Assembly: GCA_025464915.1 (NCBI GenBank)
Contig: JAODNF010000311.1
Location: 1-38,464 of the forward strand
Source: Frankiales bacterium
GTDB lineage: Bacteria; Actinomycetota; Actinomycetes; Mycobacteriales; SCTD01
Direction of reading: 5' to 3'
Length of the DNA stretch: 38,464 bases
Shown here piece by piece: positions 37,137 through 38,464 of this stretch. Position 1 is the first letter of the stretch, and every line of letters begins with the position of its first letter. The notes beneath the pieces were generated by a model, which searched no databases, was not told the origin of the DNA, and saw nothing but the letters and a program-made list of their open reading frames with translations. Made by a program: the position numbers and the translations under genes.

Positions 37137-38464
37137 TCAGACCGGCTTGCCGTCGCAGCGGAAGGCGCCTGCGGGCGTGTCGATCCGCTGGTACTCGCCC
37201 TTGCGGATGACCCAGAGGATGTAGCAGTTCCCCGGCTTCTTGCCCGCCGGGTTGGCGACGGCGTAGAAGCCGTGGTCGTCGAAGCTGGAGATCTTCGCCA
37301 GCTCTGCCAGCACCTTCGCCCTGGTGAGCCGGGGGCCGGCGGCTCTCAGAGCCTGCACGAGCAGGGCGGTCTCTGCCCAGCCGTCCGCGGCGAACGTGTC
37401 GGCCGCGGCTCCGCCGGAGACCGTCCGGTACCACTTCTGGAACAGCGCGACCTCCGGCACGTTCCTGGCGTCGGCCGCGGAGAAGAACAGCGTCTCGCCG
37501 TTGAACCCGTAGATGCCCTCGGCGGCCGCGCTGCCGCCGAGCTTCTTGAAGAAGGACTGGTCGTAGACGAGCGGCGCGAAGATCACCGGCCGAAACGACT
37601 GCTGGTCGGCCTGCGGCTTGAAGTTCGACAGCTCGTCGGCGTTGAAGAGCGTGAGGAACGTCTTGATGCCCTTGCCCTTCATCTGGATGATGTCAGCCGT
37701 GAAGTCGGTCTCCGTCGCCCCGACGGCCCGCTCGTAGTCGAACTTCCAGCCCACCGACTCGGCGGCCCGCTTCTGGAGGGCCGCGACGTTGGTGACCGCA
37801 GGCAGGTTGGCGTACATGAAGGCGGCGTGCTGCACGACCGACGGCCCGAACTTCTTGGCCGCCCAGGCGAAGTAGCCGTTGTTGAGGGTCGTGCCGATCG
37901 GGTTGACGCTGAAGTTGTTCTTGACCGCGTTGGCCTCGGGCGTGACGGCCAGGTGCGCGTCGGGGACCTGCGGGTGGTCCTTGAGGACGGTCGCGCCGCA
38001 CTGGTCGTAGAGCGAGAACGAGCCGGCGAACGCGAAGACCTTGCTGACCAGGCCGGACGTTCCGGTGCGGTCGCCCTCGCAGGACGTCTGCGCGTCGGCG
38101 ACGGCGATCTTGAGCTGCCGCCCGAACAGGCCTCCGGTGCTGTTGACGTAGGCGATGTAGGCGTTGGTGCCGTTGACGGCCGTCTGGAACAGGCCGGGCT
38201 GCGGGCCGCTCAGGTCACTGACGTGGCCGAGCAGGATGCTCGACGCCGTGACCCCGACGTCGGTCGCCCCGCCGTTGCCGCCGGGCGGAGCGGGGGCGGC
38301 CGGCCCGGTCGCGCCGCTGGTCGTGGTGGCGGTCCCGGTGGTGCCGCCGGAGCCGGCCGTCGCGCCGCCCGTGCCGGTCGCCCCTCCGGTGGACCCGGCA
38401 CCGGTGGTCGTGCCGCCGTCGCTGCTGACAGCTCCCGTCCCGTTGGCAGCAGCGCCCGTGCTCC
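37137..38464 (-). CDS. Second Liv-type solute-binding protein with Gly/Thr linker (start outside the window)
   Basis: The frame stays open upstream of ORF-track start 37835: PAPPGGNGGATDVGVTASSILLGHVSDLSGPQPGLF...YVNSTGGLFGRQLKI...SFSLYDQCG...ETDFTADIIQM. Collinear with the 24986-26467 protein. Confidence 0.88.
   Translation of the reverse strand, partial: STGAAANGTGAVSSDGGTTTGAGSTGGATGTGGATAGSGGTTGTATTTSGATGPAAPAPPGGNGGATDVGVTASSILLGHVSDLSGPQPGLFQTAVNGTNAYIAYVNSTGGLFGRQLKIAVADAQTSCEGDRTGTSGLVSKVFAFAGSFSLYDQCGATVLKDHPQVPDAHLAVTPEANAVKNNFSVNPIGTTLNNGYFAWAAKKFGPSVVQHAAFMYANLPAVTNVAALQKRAAESVGWKFDYERAVGATETDFTADIIQMKGKGIKTFLTLFNADELSNFKPQADQQSFRPVIFAPLVYDQSFFKKLGGSAAAEGIYGFNGETLFFSAADARNVPEVALFQKWYRTVSGGAAADTFAADGWAETALLVQALRAAGPRLTRAKVLAELAKISSFDDHGFYAVANPAGKKPGNCYILWVIRKGEYQRIDTPAGAFRCDGKPV

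Noticed and set aside
38290-38464. Repetitive GTCG/GCCG-rich tract resembling a tandem repeat or array
   Set aside because: Explained as the Gly/Thr/Ala linker of the solute-binding protein; no fixed repeat-spacer period, so not CRISPR.

Overview
Very GC-rich, gene-dense chromosomal window from an actinobacterium (Cys-Ser-Gly HutH, F420-type LLM enzyme, KstR box, many apparent leaderless starts). I found no rRNA, tRNA, CRISPR array, transposase or phage gene. Left to right: a histidine utilisation cluster (divergent partial M20 amidohydrolase, hutH-hutU-hutI); a TraR/DksA zinc finger; MFS plus TetR; an Rv3519-like acetoacetate-decarboxylase-family gene with a KstR box; a secreted GH5 endoglycoceramidase-like enzyme; two ABC-2 exporters with TetR/MarR regulators; DJ-1/PfpI; aldehyde dehydrogenase; YhhN. 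Next is a ~10 kb minus-strand operon encoding a Liv-type ABC importer with two extra membrane-anchored proteins plus class II aldolase, amidohydrolase and acyl-CoA ligase, divergent from a FadR-type regulator and flanked by an SDR and a carboxylesterase. The right end holds MmcQ/YjbR, a DUF5925-like AAA ATPase with a candidate leader-peptide attenuator, an AlkZ-like glycosylase, a methyltransferase, an LLM oxidoreductase, a glutathionyl-hydroquinone reductase, a secreted LVIVD-repeat protein, a DUF707-like glycosyltransferase and a second, partial solute-binding paralog. The best candidates for undescribed biology are the augmented Liv-type importer/catabolic regulon, the leader-peptide-controlled AAA ATPase, and a promoter motif shared by two distant secreted-protein genes. 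All family calls come from motif recognition by eye; no database search was run.
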